The translations under genes were made by a program, and so were the position numbers. The notes under the pieces are model-generated. The model was not told the DNA's origin, did not search any database, and saw only the letters and a program-made list of their open reading frames with translations. From Mantamonas sphyraenae STR306 (Eukaryota > Protista > CRuMs), in NCBI GenBank assembly GCA_026936335.1, contig JAPMXV010000029.1, positions 186,001 to 250,000 on the forward strand: DNA of 64,000 bases. The letters are read 5' to 3'. Below are positions 46,081-58,261 of the stretch, piece by piece (position 1 is the stretch's first letter; each line of letters starts with the position of its first letter).

Positions 46081-49000
46081 TCAGGCAAACGCGTCGTTCA
46101 GCTCTACACCGTCCTGTTCATCCTCGTCCCTGTCCACCATGCGCGCAAACTGCAAAAAGTGGTTGGTGCGATGCGAGTCGTCGTAGAACGGCTTGGGGTT
46201 GGCCAGACGCAGGTCGTACGCCAGGTTCTTGTTCCACTTTGCACCTTGGAAGTTGTAGTTCCACATCTCTGGCACCATGAAGAAGCCCAGGAACGTGTCG
46301 CTCAACAGCATCTGCACCTTTTCCGTGTGTGTGCCAGGCAAGTATCCCGCAGGGTTGGCCACCGTGTCCTTGTTGGCCTGCGCCCACTCAAACCCTGCCT
46401 GTGTCAGCTTGTACGATGTCAGCGACACGGAACCAGGCGTAAACGACACCGTCATGATGGTTGCCGTCTCCGGATTGAATCCCTTGTTGCTGCCCACCAC
46501 ATTGGCATGCATGATGGCATCTTGCGGCGACAGGTGCGGCACCTCGTTCGGCTGGGTGTGGATCCACCCCAGCGGCTCCAGGTCCGCAAGGTATTCTGTC
46601 TCTGGGATGGTCGTGGGGAACTGCACGTCCTGGTGCGACCCCAGCTGCGGCGGCATCACAATGCAAATGATCTCCTTCACCTGCGGGCTGTCCGGCGGGC
46701 TCAGGCCGTACAGGTAGCCTCCGATTTGTGTGCGCAGGTCGCTCACCACAATGAACTTTTGCAGGATGTTCTTGGGCAACACATACGTGATCCCCTGTTC
46801 CGTCAGGTCGTCACTGTCCCCACTCACGTAGATGTGGTTGGTGCGCAGGTGCAGGTTGGTCGACGAGATCGCACGCACACGCCAGTCCGTCTTGCTGCTG
46901 AATGTTTGCTGCTCGTACGGCGTCTCCGTCGTCACCAGGATCTCCTCACCGTGCACGTTCATCGACTTGGTCGTCACTGCACTCACGTGCGACGCCTCCC
47001 TCGCCTGCTTCTCAATCTCCGCCACTTGCTGGCGCTTCATCGAAGGCGGCGTGATCTCCTGACCAAGGATGATGTCGCGCACCTCCGACTGCGTCAACGC
47101 GGCCACGTTCACGTTGTTCTTCGTGCCGTAATCGTTCAGGATCAGGTCCTTCAGCTGGCCTTCGACCTGCATCCACTCCTCGTCCGTCAGCGTGGGCCAC
47201 ATGTGATGTTCCTGCGTCACTGTGTTCTTGCTCGGACGCAAGATCGCCTTGGCGCGGTCCGGGTTCAGGTGCAACGCACGCTGGATCAGAATCAGGCGTG
47301 AGAACGCGGTGAACGAGGACACACTCTTCAGCCAGTCGTCGTACAGGTTGAACAGACACATGCGCGGTTCCGTGGCCTTCAAGATCAGGTCGCCCAGCTT
47401 CTCCAGCTTCATCGTCGCCTGGAACGGCAGCTGCAGGTCCGAGCCCTTGATCACAATGTTGGGAAAGTCCAACAAGTGCACCTCCAGCGGGTCCAGCATG
47501 CCGCGGCGCGTCACAATAATTTGCTTCGGCTGCTCCTCGATTGGCAGCGATCGGATCAGGGCCGCCGTTTCCTCTGCCGTCTTCCACTTGGCCAGCTGTG
47601 TCAGACGCTTCTGGCCAGCCCACACGCTCGTGTGAATGATCTTCAGGTACAGCTGACCCGTGCGCGGGTTGAAAATGAAGATGGCGCCGTTGATCGGCTT
47701 CGTCGTGATGTTGCCCTCAAATGTCTTGTGCACCGTCACGCGGTACACGTTGGTGTCGTCCACAAACCAGATGATCTTGTTGCTGAACAGCTCGTTGTAG
47801 TTCTGCGAGCTCAGGTACGGCTCGGTCGGTTCACTCGAGTACAGCTGCAACCCTTGCGGATGCGGTCACGCAGCACAAACATGGCCGGGTTCGCCTTCAT
47901 GATCTTGGCCATTGCCTGTTGCATCAGCGGCTTCATGCCAGGGAACCAGTAGCCGTACGCGCTGTGCATCGAGTAGGCGAGGTCCACCGCAATCAGGGCA
48001 CCCGTGGGCGCCGGGTAGATGCTCATTGCGTCGGTGGTGTAGTCCAGGAACTTGGCACGTGCGTATCGTTCCACATCGTGCGAGTCAAAGTCGCCCCAGC
48101 GCAGCTGCACGTCCAGCCAGTACTTCTTGGACGTCACGCCCTCAAACGAGTCGTTGCTGTCGCCCAGCAGCGATGGCTTGCACATTTGCCACTTGACGTT
48201 GGCAAAGCACAGGATGTCCGCGCAGCTGCTGTTCATCTTGTACGACTTGCGCGGATGGATGGTCTCCTTGAGCACGTTGTCGATGTCCAGCGCCTCCAGC
48301 TCCTTGTCCAGGACCTGGCACAAATCCAGCACCATCGACTCGTGGATCTTCTGCCACAGATGCGCACGAAAGATCTGGATCAGCGAGATCTTCAGCGTGG
48401 GGATCTTGCCGTGCATAAAGATGCCCGTCAGATCCAGCTGCACCTGGAAACCCACGTACACATTGGCGCGGTTGATGGTCGGCGACCACCACAGCGTGAA
48501 GCGCCGGTTGGGAATCTGGTTCAGACCCGACCGCTGGGCGTTGGTCAGCTTCTTGTACTTCATGCTCTCCTCGAACCCGCTGGCCTTTTCCCAGAACAGA
48601 CCCTCCCACGTGGGGAAGTAGGTGCCCTTGAACAGCGTGTGCTCGAGAATGCCCTCCACGCCACCCAGTGCCTGGATCACGTCTGTGCGGTAGTTGTTCA
48701 GGTTCCACAACTTGCCGTCGTGCCTCTGGTGCGTCCACCAGAACGGGTTCTGACGCAGGATCTGGTACTGCTTGAACTCGGTGCGCACGCGCCAGCCTTT
48801 GTCGTACGCCAGGGTGTGCCTGTCCTTCTGGAACAGTGTGTTGATGCGCGGGATGCCTCGGTCCCACGAGTCCTCCAGATCCTCCAGCGACAGCCTCCTG
48901 TTCTGCGCGTTGGCCTCCTGCCTCTTCAGCGCATACTCGGCCCACACACGCTGCGAGTCCACAAACTCGCTCTCCCACGGCTGGATGTAGCGGAAGAGGT

Positions 49001-52000
49001 TGGGGATGAGCTGGCCCTCGTCGTGAGACATGCCTGAGCGGAAGTGGGTGATGCCAATGTCTGTCTGCTTGGCGTAGCGCAGGTCTGATTGCGGAATCAG
49101 CACGTGGCCCATCGACAGCATACCCAGGCCGCCGAGCTCCTTGGGCGTGTAAAACACAACCGGCGGGAAGCGCGAGGGCATCTTGGAGTTGAGGCCGATC
49201 TTGATGCGAGTCTGGATCTTGTTTTCGCACTTGACAATCAGATCCAGCAGCTCCTGCGTGTGCACAACCGCCTCGCGGAAGTACGTCATCAGGCCAATCA
49301 GCGCCGTGTTCCACTTGTTGGCCACCTTGGTGAACGTGGTCGAGCCCGAAGCCATCAGGATCTGGCGCACGCGGTTCTCAAATCGCTTCATGCTCGCATC
49401 GTCCACACGCAGAAACGCCTGCGCCGTGCGTTCCTTCGTTTCATAGTTCTGCAGGTTCCACACGCCGTCGCGGCCTGCAAACACACCCTCCTGCATGCGC
49501 ACCTTTGGCAGCAGCCGCACCTCGAAGCCACCCATGGCAAACAGCAGGTTCGGGTTGTCCTTGCTGTACACCGACACGAACGAGTTGTCCCAGTCCAGCG
49601 TCGTCAGCGAACGCGGAAGCCTGTTCTTCATCTCCCAAAAGATGGCGCGTCCCAAGTTCACGTCGTGTTTCATCAGGCGCATGCGTGCGTCGCGAGGCCA
49701 GCACTTCTTGTTGTTGTACCCGACCATGTTTTCGTTGTTCGGATCCGGGTTCTCGGTGAGGAAGCGCTGAATCAGGTCCTTGCTCTCCTCGTACTCGAAG
49801 CGGTACAGGATCCAGAAGCGGTCGATGTAGCGGCAGTACAGGCGAATCGGATGACGCGTCTCTGTCTCGTCGTCCGCAAAGCTCATAAAGTCGTTGGGCA
49901 GTGTGGGTGGGCCGGCCAGCTCCGAAGCGCGCGTGAGGCCAAGCATGAGCAGGTCCAGCACGACGCCGTAGAACTGCACCACAAACGAGGAGAACTGCAG
50001 ACCGCGGATGAGGCCATAGCTGTTGGTGTGGTTCATGTCCTTGTAGTTGAGCAGCACGTTGTTCTTGCTGGTGATGTAGTCGGCGATGTTGTGGTCGACA
50101 ATGAGGCGCAGCAGGCGGTTGAGCACAGTCAAGTCGATCTTTTCGTACATCTTTTCATAGCGCGACTCCATGAGCACCAGGCACTGGCCCTGCGACGTGT
50201 CCCAAACGTCCTGCAGGTTGTTGATGCCATTGGCCCACTTGTAGGTGAGCAGCGGCAGCGGCTCGGTGTCTGCCGGTTTCACCCAGTTGGGAAACAGGCG
50301 GCGCTTGTCCGCCTCGTACCACAGGTACTGGTCCAGATACGCGTCGGTGATCTTTTCCAGGGGCTCGATGTCGTACACGGGAATCAAGTGGCTGTACAGA
50401 TCCATAAACTCGATGCCCACTTCCTTAAAGGCACGCTGTGTAAGCAGGTGTCGCTTGATGCGGACCAGCGCCTCGTGCGGGTTGTCGTACGCCTGTTCGA
50501 TCAGCGCCAGCTCCTCGCGTTGCGACTGGTTCAGGCGCGCCTTGATCGAGTACTGCTCGCGCAGATGCTCCAGCGAGAGAATGAGCAGTTTCGTGTCGTG
50601 TTTGTAGCTGAGCGGCGGGAACGGGATGGGCGAAAACTTGCGCGACTCCAACCAGTGCACGGTGCTCTTGTACACGGCCACAGCCTCCTGAGGCGAGACG
50701 TAGGGGCCATCCTTGAGGTAGTTGTGCTGGCGCTCCTGCTCGGCCTTGAGCCACAGGCGCGTCAGGCGGCCCAAGTTCTTCTTGCAGATGGTCTTGTCCA
50801 CGGTGGCGCCGCGGCGGATGCGCTCGCGGTTGTAGTGTGCCACGTTGGTCCACCAGTCGGCTTTCTGCTTGACGTAGCGCAGGATCATGTTCTCGATGGG
50901 TGCTGGCAGGCCGGGGACCTTCCACGGGATGTTTGCCTTCCAGCAGCGCCAGGCCTCGCTGAGATGCTGCAAGATGACGCGCGACTTTGTGGCACGGATG
51001 CCCTCGGGCATCATGTCCAGGATGTCGTGCAGGACGGCTGCGCGCAGTTCGAGGTCAAAGTGCGACTCGACACGCTGCTTGGTGACCGTTTTGGCCATGC
51101 CCTTGGAGTGACGGCCTTCAAAGTGGCGCGCCAGCAGGTTGCCCAACCAGCGTTCCAGCAGAGGCACAATGCCGCGCAGGAAGAAGATCCAAACGCGCCA
51201 GCCGGGTGCCCAGAAGCCGCAGCCGGGACCCTTGCCCACGGGTCCTGTGTTGAAGCGGTAATAAATGAGGTGCTTGAGGTCCTTGCACATGCGAATCTGG
51301 CGCATGATGCGGTACTTGTAGCGAAACATGCCCGTGAGCTGGCCCACGTGCGCAAACATGTACTGCAGGGCGTCAGCCAGCTGAAAGGCGTCCACGTTGC
51401 CCAGGCGGTACTGCACGTGGCAATCCACACACAGCTTGGTCAGACGAAGGATCTCGCGGCACAGGTGAAAGGCATTGCCGAAACGGCTCTTCTTTCGCTC
51501 CTTGGTGGTCAGGGTCTTGATGGGCTTGAGCACAAAGTTGTAATCCAGATGCAAGTAGTTGAGGTTCTTGCGATGGATGAGCAGGTTGAGCATGTTGTGG
51601 CCCTGGCGACAGACCTGCAGACCGGCTTCCACCCAGTCGATCTCCGTCGTCTGGAAGAACTTGGTCTGCTTCAGCGCACGGAACAGATACTTCTTGGTTT
51701 GGCTCTTGGTGGGGCGACGTCGCAGCTCGTTGAGCACATAGCACTTGAGCAACTTCTGGTAACTGACACGCACCTTGACCGGATACTGCTGCGGGCAGTG
51801 CTCCTGGTACCACGCCTTGACCAGAGGCACGTCCACCACACGGCGCGTGGTGCCCGATCGCTTGTTGAACGGGTGCGGCGCCCAGTACAGCGTGATGCCG
51901 TTGAGCGTTTGGGCGTAAACAGAGGCGTGTCCTCGAGCAGAGGTTCGACGTGGTCGGGCAGCACGAAATCGTCGTCCCACTCGTCCTCATCGTCCTCATC

Positions 52001-53523
52001 ATCGCCGTGACCTCCACGCGACGCACGCTCGCGCGAGGGCGGAATCGGATAGATGACCGGGTCGTAGAGGTACGGGGGCAGGTCGGGATCTTCGGTGCGG
52101 ATGTACACGACCGCCGGGCGATGGTAGACGGAAATCTGCACGTCACGCGGCCGGTCGTTGTACAAGTAGGGAAAGGCGACCTTGTACTCGGTGCGGATGG
52201 GGTGACGGATGACCAGCTTGTGGATGTCGTTGAACTCGTTCCAGTCCTCGTCGTCCTCCAGGATGTCCTTGTGCAGGGGCTCAAACTTGGGGCCACCCGG
52301 AATGGCCACGTTGAGCGCCTTGGCGGTGAAGAAGGACTTGACGTCAAACAAGTAAAAGTAGTTCTCGTCCACGAGGTCCGAGAGCAGCTGCGAGGCCAGG
52401 CGGTGCAGGTTGATCATGATGTCGTTGTTCAGCGTCCATCGTCTGTGCACAAAGTCAAGCGCAATGGGAGTGCGGCACGTGTGAGTGACATATCCGGCGT
52501 GTGTGCGCCTGTGTACGCATGTACGGGCGGCCAAAGTGCGAGAGGGAGGAAATTGGCGCCAAGGCGACCCGTCAGGCGGACTCCCCTGGGAAGCGCCACA
52601 GGCTGCGCGAGTGTGTGGCAAGGTATGTGCGTGTGTGTGTGTGTGTGCGTGTGTGTGGCGGAAGCCATGGCGGGTGGGTGGTGGAGGCTGTGTGTGTGCA
52701 CGTACTTGTATGCGGGCCCACTGATGAATTCGGGTTCGTCCATGAGAGGCTTGTGGTCGTAGAACCAGTCGATGACAGCGGCGTCTTCGTCCTCGTCCAG
52801 TTCCATCTGGATTGCCTCGATGGGATCCACACCCAGCAGGTTGTCTCCGTAGTCCAGCGGTGGCTCTTCGTCATCGAAGGGCGGGAAGCGCATGCGCTTG
52901 AAGTGATGGCGGTCTCGCTTCTCACGCCTCATCATGATCCACATGGTGCCCCACTGTGCTGTGTAGATGGGCTCCACCACCTTGGGCACCTCGTTGACAA
53001 ACGTGATCGCTCCGCTGATGTGGTACAGCACAGGCACCTCACGCACCTCCTCCCAGGGCCTGTGAGCGAGACGGAAAGTGAGCAGCCGCCACCAATCACG
53101 CCCCTTTGTGTGTCAGTAGACCTGCGGGTGCACACCATAAAGGGACACGACACACGTGCTGTCCCCATTGTTTCGCATGCACGTCTGCGTGGCGCTACAA
53201 CTGGGCGTGGACGAGCGGTGGCGTGGCAAGACAACGTACATGGGCATGTTCTCAAGGAGCTTGAGCACGGCGTGGGGCACAAACTTGAGCGCTCCCAGGT
53301 ACACGCGACGGTCCTGACGGTACTTGCGGTCGCTCATGTCGCCGTGATTTTTGATGATCTTGCGAAGCAGCTCGGGAGGCTGGTCCACCTTTTCCCCCTG
53401 CTGGAAGCCAAACTTGCGCTTCTCAGCATACCGTTGCTGGTTCACCTGCGCCCACTTTTTGGCGCGGTTGTCCAGCTCCTGCGTCCTTGTGCCGGCCGAG
53501 GCCGAGGAAGACGAGGAGGACAT
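46081..53523 (-). CDS. PRPF8: Pre-mRNA-processing-splicing factor 8; introns 53060-53239 and 52443-52705; apparent -1 frameshifts near 51911 and 47851
   Basis: Conserved PRP8 sequence throughout: [102 protein letters not shown]. Confidence 0.98.
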
Positions 53524-53626
53524 GTTCGGGAGGGATTCGCTTTGCCCAAGCTCGCGCCCCGCGCGTGCGATTCATTCCAGTCCTCACCCGCTCGCAAATA
53601 CATCCAAAACAACAGCGGACAACGTA

Positions 53627-55722
53627 TCAGCGGCGGTAGCGGACGCGCTTAAAGTTAAAGTGGAGCTGCAGAGTGCTGCGATCAAACACACACTTGAATC
53701 CGCGGCGATGTGCCTTTTCCCACGGCTTGTTGACCACGCGAAAGGCAATGTCTTCGTAAGGCGGACCTGCGGTGAACACAAGCGTGGCAAACTCGGGGTT
53801 GTCCTTGTCCTTGACGAGTTTGAACTGCGGCGTGTCCGTCTTGTCAATGAGATCGGGGTAGAAGATGTTGAACTTGTAGCCCAGGACTGTCTTCGGGGGT
53901 GGGTTCTCGAAGGAGTAGTGCACACGGTTGTACGAGTTCCAATCGTAGCCTGTGCGGATGCGGTTGAAGTACTGCGGCTTTCGCGGCTGGTATCTGTCCT
54001 GCCATGCGTACGACTTGCGCAACACATCGGCACCCTCCTCGCCCATGTCCACCGCCTTCAGTTCGCTTTCGTCGTCTTCCATCAGCTTGGCCTTCTCCAG
54101 GAACGCCTTTGCATCTTCTGTGTTCATGTCCATGTCGTCACCCATGCCCATGTCGGCCACCACTGCCACCGCATGCCCTTCTGCGTCGAATGGCACATTC
54201 GTGACCCCACTGCTGCTCTTGCTGCTGCTCGACGTGTCAAAGCGCACGCTGGCCAGCGTCGTCGCGCCTGCCGTTGCATCTCCAGCCCCGTCGCCGTTTG
54301 CTCCACGCAGCTGCGACAGCATGGCACTGCGCTTCTGCAAACGCAACCGTTTGGCAATGGCTGCCCGTGCTGCAAGCAGGGTGCTCCAGTCCTCGTCCGC
54401 GTCCACAACGCGCTTGATCGACTTGTCTGCACGCGCCTCCTCCTCGCTGAGCAGTTTGACCTCGATCCGTTCCACACGCGCCGCTTCCGCCTCTTCCTCA
54501 GCCTCTTGTTCCGCCATGGCGTCTGTGGCACCGCCGTCAGCCGTCTCGTTGATGCGCGCACGCTTGCGGTCGCTGCCGCTGAGTTCCTCGTCTTCGCGTT
54601 CCCGTTTGCGCCCGTTGGCCATGGAGACCATGCCAGCCGCCTTGCCAACGTCCATGGAGCCCATTTCCGAGTCGATAAGCTGCTGCTCCGCCTCACGCAG
54701 CTTCTCCATCCGCCGATAGCGACGTTCCGCGTGCATTTCCCGTAGACGCAGACGGGCAATCTGCACGTGGATCTTTGCCAACACTGCCTCCCAATACTCC
54801 ACATCCACGCCCGGCTTGCCACTGTGCACCATGTCCTGGATTTCTGCTCGCCAGCTTACGAGTTCCCGTTCGCTCTTGCTCTTCACAATGGCCATTACAG
54901 AGTCCATCACTGTATCGCGACGGTACGGAACGCCATTGCGAATGCACTCTTTGCGTTTCAGCTCCTCAGCGCGCTTCTCACGCAGTGCGTCCTCGCTCAG
55001 GGTCCACATGAACGCCCAAAACTCTGGATTCTCGCCAAACTGCCGGTAAGAATGGATGTCCTTTTGGAGCTCCTCCAACGCTGCAGCGCCCAGGCCATCA
55101 AACACCTCGTCTGGCTCGTCGTCAACGTAGACGTCGAGTTCTTCGTCGAGGGTGGCGGCAATGAGATCGATAGGTTTGGCGCGGTTCTGCAGCACTCGGA
55201 TTTGCGTGCGACGCTTGGCCTGCTCCAGGTGAAACCTTTCCTCCTGTGCCTCCCAGTCCTCGTAGCTCTCTGCATTCTTTTCGGCCTGTTTGCGCGCTCG
55301 TTCGGCCTGGAACTGCGCGTTTTCCGCGGCACGTTGGGCACGTCGCTCCTCCACCTTTTTCATCTCCTCCAGCAGCTCCAGACGCCTGTCGCGCTGCACC
55401 TCGGCCGAGCCACTGTGCATGCCATCTTCGCCCCGCTCCTTCAGCTCGTTCTCCTTCTTCTTCCACACAAACTGCGACGTCAGCTGCGAGTCGCCGAACG
55501 GATTGCTATCGTTGCTGAACCCCATGGCAGCGTACTCTGCCTCCAGATCCACGCCGTGCTTGCGTGCCTTTTTCGCCAATCGTCGAGCTCGTCGTTCCTC
55601 AGGCGTCTCGTTCAGTTTCCTCAGCTGCTTCTCCAGTTTGGCGCGTTCCTTGCTCGACATGCCGCCCTCTGCACCGTCGAGGTCCCGGCTGCTTCTGCTC
55701 CTACTGCCGCTGCCGCCGCCGC

Positions 55723-55758
<36 letters not shown>

Positions 55759-55861
55759 GGTGATGATGTCTGTGCTTGTCCTTGTGCCGGTGTCTGTGTT
55801 TGTCCTTGTGTCTGTGCTCCTTGTGACGCCTGTGCTTGCGGCGGTCGTCCTCGTCGTCCAT
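53627..55861 (-). CDS. CACTIN: Cactin (spliceosome step-II factor)
   Basis: Motifs ETPEERRARRLAKK, NPFGDSQL...FVWKKK, FHLEQAK.R..IR...RAKPID, RKPQYFNRIRTGYDWN.YN..HY...NPPPK.V.GYKFNIFYPDLID, AGPPYEDIAF, LQLHFNFKR.RYRR. Confidence 0.96.
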
Positions 55862-56013
55862 CTTGCGGCCTGCCTGCACCAGCGCACATTCCTCTCTTTG
55901 CACCCATGCACGCTGGGAGTGGAGCAACCAAGTGGAAGCCAAAAGTGGCATTGTGGTGTGGATTTGTTGTGTGTCGTGGCCTTTCTCTCGGCTCAGCTGC
56001 TGCTCCTCATCCC

Positions 56014-58110
56014 TCACCCGCCCTTGATCTCCAGCACGCGCACGGCATTGTCGCCGCCAGCAACAGCCAACATCTTGTTGTCCTCGGAAAAGTCCAGAGT
56101 GTACACACCGTTGCTCATGCCGGCAACGGTACCGATGAGCGCCAGCGATTTACGGTCAAAGACTTTGGCCTCGTTTGCCCCGGAGCCACCTGCGGCAATG
56201 AGGTCGCCATCGCCCTTGCTAAACTGACTGGAGTACAGCAAAGTGGGTTCGTCGGTCATGCCTGTGAACCAGGGCACGTTTTCCACGAGCTTGCCCGAGC
56301 CGTAGTCCCACAACTGCAGGGCGTTGTCCGGACGCCACGACCCAGTGAGGATGTCGTCGCCGGACAGGTCCACCGAGTCACCACACACGTGCGGCCCATA
56401 GATGGAACGCACGGCGTGATCCACACGCACATCCCAAATCTGGATGGTGTTGTCCCATCCGCCTGACAGAATGACGTTCTCGTCCTCCGGGTGCCACTTG
56501 ACCGAAAACACTCGGTTTGCATGCCCTGCCGTCACGTCGCCGTGGCCTCCCGACAACGTGTTGCTGAGTTGTTTCGTCGACTCGTCGTACACGCGCAGCG
56601 TAAAGTCCTTCCCAGCGGACACAAACTTCAGGGCGTCGTTGCGCACGTCTACAGCATACAGCTGGTTGTCCTCCTCGTCAATCAGATGCAGGCACTTGGC
56701 CGACGTCACGTGCCAGTGGCGCACGCTTCCCTCTGCGTCTGTGAAAGTGTTTGCGGGGTTTGTTGTTGTTAGCTGATCAGTTGTGCGTGCGCTCAAAACC
56801 GCCACACCACGTGCGTTGACCCTGCCTCGTTTTGCATGCATGCATGCCACCATGGCGAGGTGTGCAAGGTGTAATGGCGACACGTGTGTGTGTGTGTGCA
56901 TGCGGTGGCGAGGAGAGGAAAACAACCTACATCCGGCAATGAGGACGTTTCGCGTTTTGTGTGCCGTCGTGTGTGGCCTCCAGCGGATGCTTGTCACGGG
57001 CAATTTCATCTTGTTTGATGTTTGCAGTGCATACGTCAGCCTGCCCGAGTGGGCATTGTAAATCTGTGTTGGCGTAGGGCATTTGGGAGACGGGCGAAAA
57101 AGACGTCAGCGGGTTCCCGCGCGAAACTTCCCCAAGAAGGAAGGTGGCGAAAGGTCCAGACCTCAACACCAACAGCGTGCTGCGCCGTCAGCGTCCACCA
57201 TGGCCGCCTCACAAGCACCCATATGGGTGGGCAACCATCAAAGGCATTTCTCTCTTCCTCTCCACGCGCTTGCCACGTACACGAATAACCCCGTCGCCGC
57301 AGCCGGCGGCGATAAGCTGTGAGTCGGGCGAGAAGCGCACGCAGTACACCTCAGACGAGTTTTCCCTGTGGGCAGCGACCCATTCTGCAAGTCAGTTCCT
57401 GAACACACACACACATGCAATCCTGTGCGCAACACACACGCCATGCGCCTCCGCCCCACAGCCCTTGCTGTCGTCTGCAACCGCTGGGTACGCGCTGGAA
57501 TGGATGGAAAGCCTGCACCACAAAACTCACTGGCCGATTTGCATCTTCGGATAGAGCTTGCGCTGGCCAGACGAGGACGAAGTGTCTGTGTGGCAAAACA
57601 CGACGTATCGATCGCATAGGACAATGGCGTGTCAGTAGACGTCGTTCGGGTTCGTTCCAGGCGCCCTGGAGGTGGCAAGCCCGGGCCAAACACTGATCTG
57701 AACGTTGATTGGCAGCCACCATTCTTTGGCCCAACGCAGGGCCGTAGAATGACACACACACACGCCTACACGCACAAGCGCATGCCAAGAGGACGGTGTG
57801 ACGTTCTCGCTCCCTCTTTGTGTTCCCACGCCACTTACCCTTCTTCATGGACGAGCCGCCGTAAAACGAAGAAGAACCAGCGTCGTCTTCTGTGCCCTCC
57901 TCCTCCCCGCCATCGTTCCCTTCCTCGTCCACTTCCACCTCTGTTTGCTCCTCGGTGCCTGCGTATTCGTTGGCATCAAACTCGTTTGTGTACCCGCCTT
58001 CGCTTCCCTCGTTCTTGCTCGACGACGTCAAGCCGCCCAGAAGATCGCTACCCGACAGCGACGTCAGCCCTTTGTACGACACACTCTCACTGCTGCTACT
58101 GCTGCTGCTG

Positions 58111-58142
<32 letters not shown>

Positions 58143-58145
58143 CAT
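56014..58145 (-). CDS. WD40-repeat protein; introns 57586-57838, 57366-57530, 57064-57280, 56739-56930
   Basis: Spliced product has EVYCVRFSPDSQLIAAGCGDGVIRIYN, GHANRVFSVKWHP..ENVILSGGWDNTIQIWD, LQLWD. All four GT-AG introns are in phase. Confidence 0.85.
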
Positions 58146-58261
58146 GCTTGGTTGTGCGAGGTCGTGTCGTGCGTCACGAAGAGTGCTGTGTGTGGGGTGT
58201 GTTTGTGTGGGGCGGCGGGCGCACCTTCGCCAAACCAAACTCAGAAGCCTGACGCAAGCCA

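Noticed and set aside
30769-52010. Very long antisense ORFs (30769-33276, 40004-42619, 49089-52010 and others)
   Set aside because: Shadow ORFs of GC3-rich genes; His/Val/Gln/Leu-rich with no motifs.
52560-52600. TPP-riboswitch-like GGGGAG...CTGA in PRP8 intron 2
   Set aside because: The rest of the aptamer consensus is absent and the gene has no thiamine link.
46081-53523. PRP8 intein or PRP8 pseudogene
   Set aside because: The known fungal intein site region ([11 protein letters not shown]) is uninterrupted, and conservation is intact apart from two single-base indels.
2190-56016. No TAA among 24 stop codons (21 TGA, 3 TAG): possible genetic-code change
   Set aside because: No in-frame TAA, TAG or TGA at conserved positions in any gene. 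High GC explains the bias.
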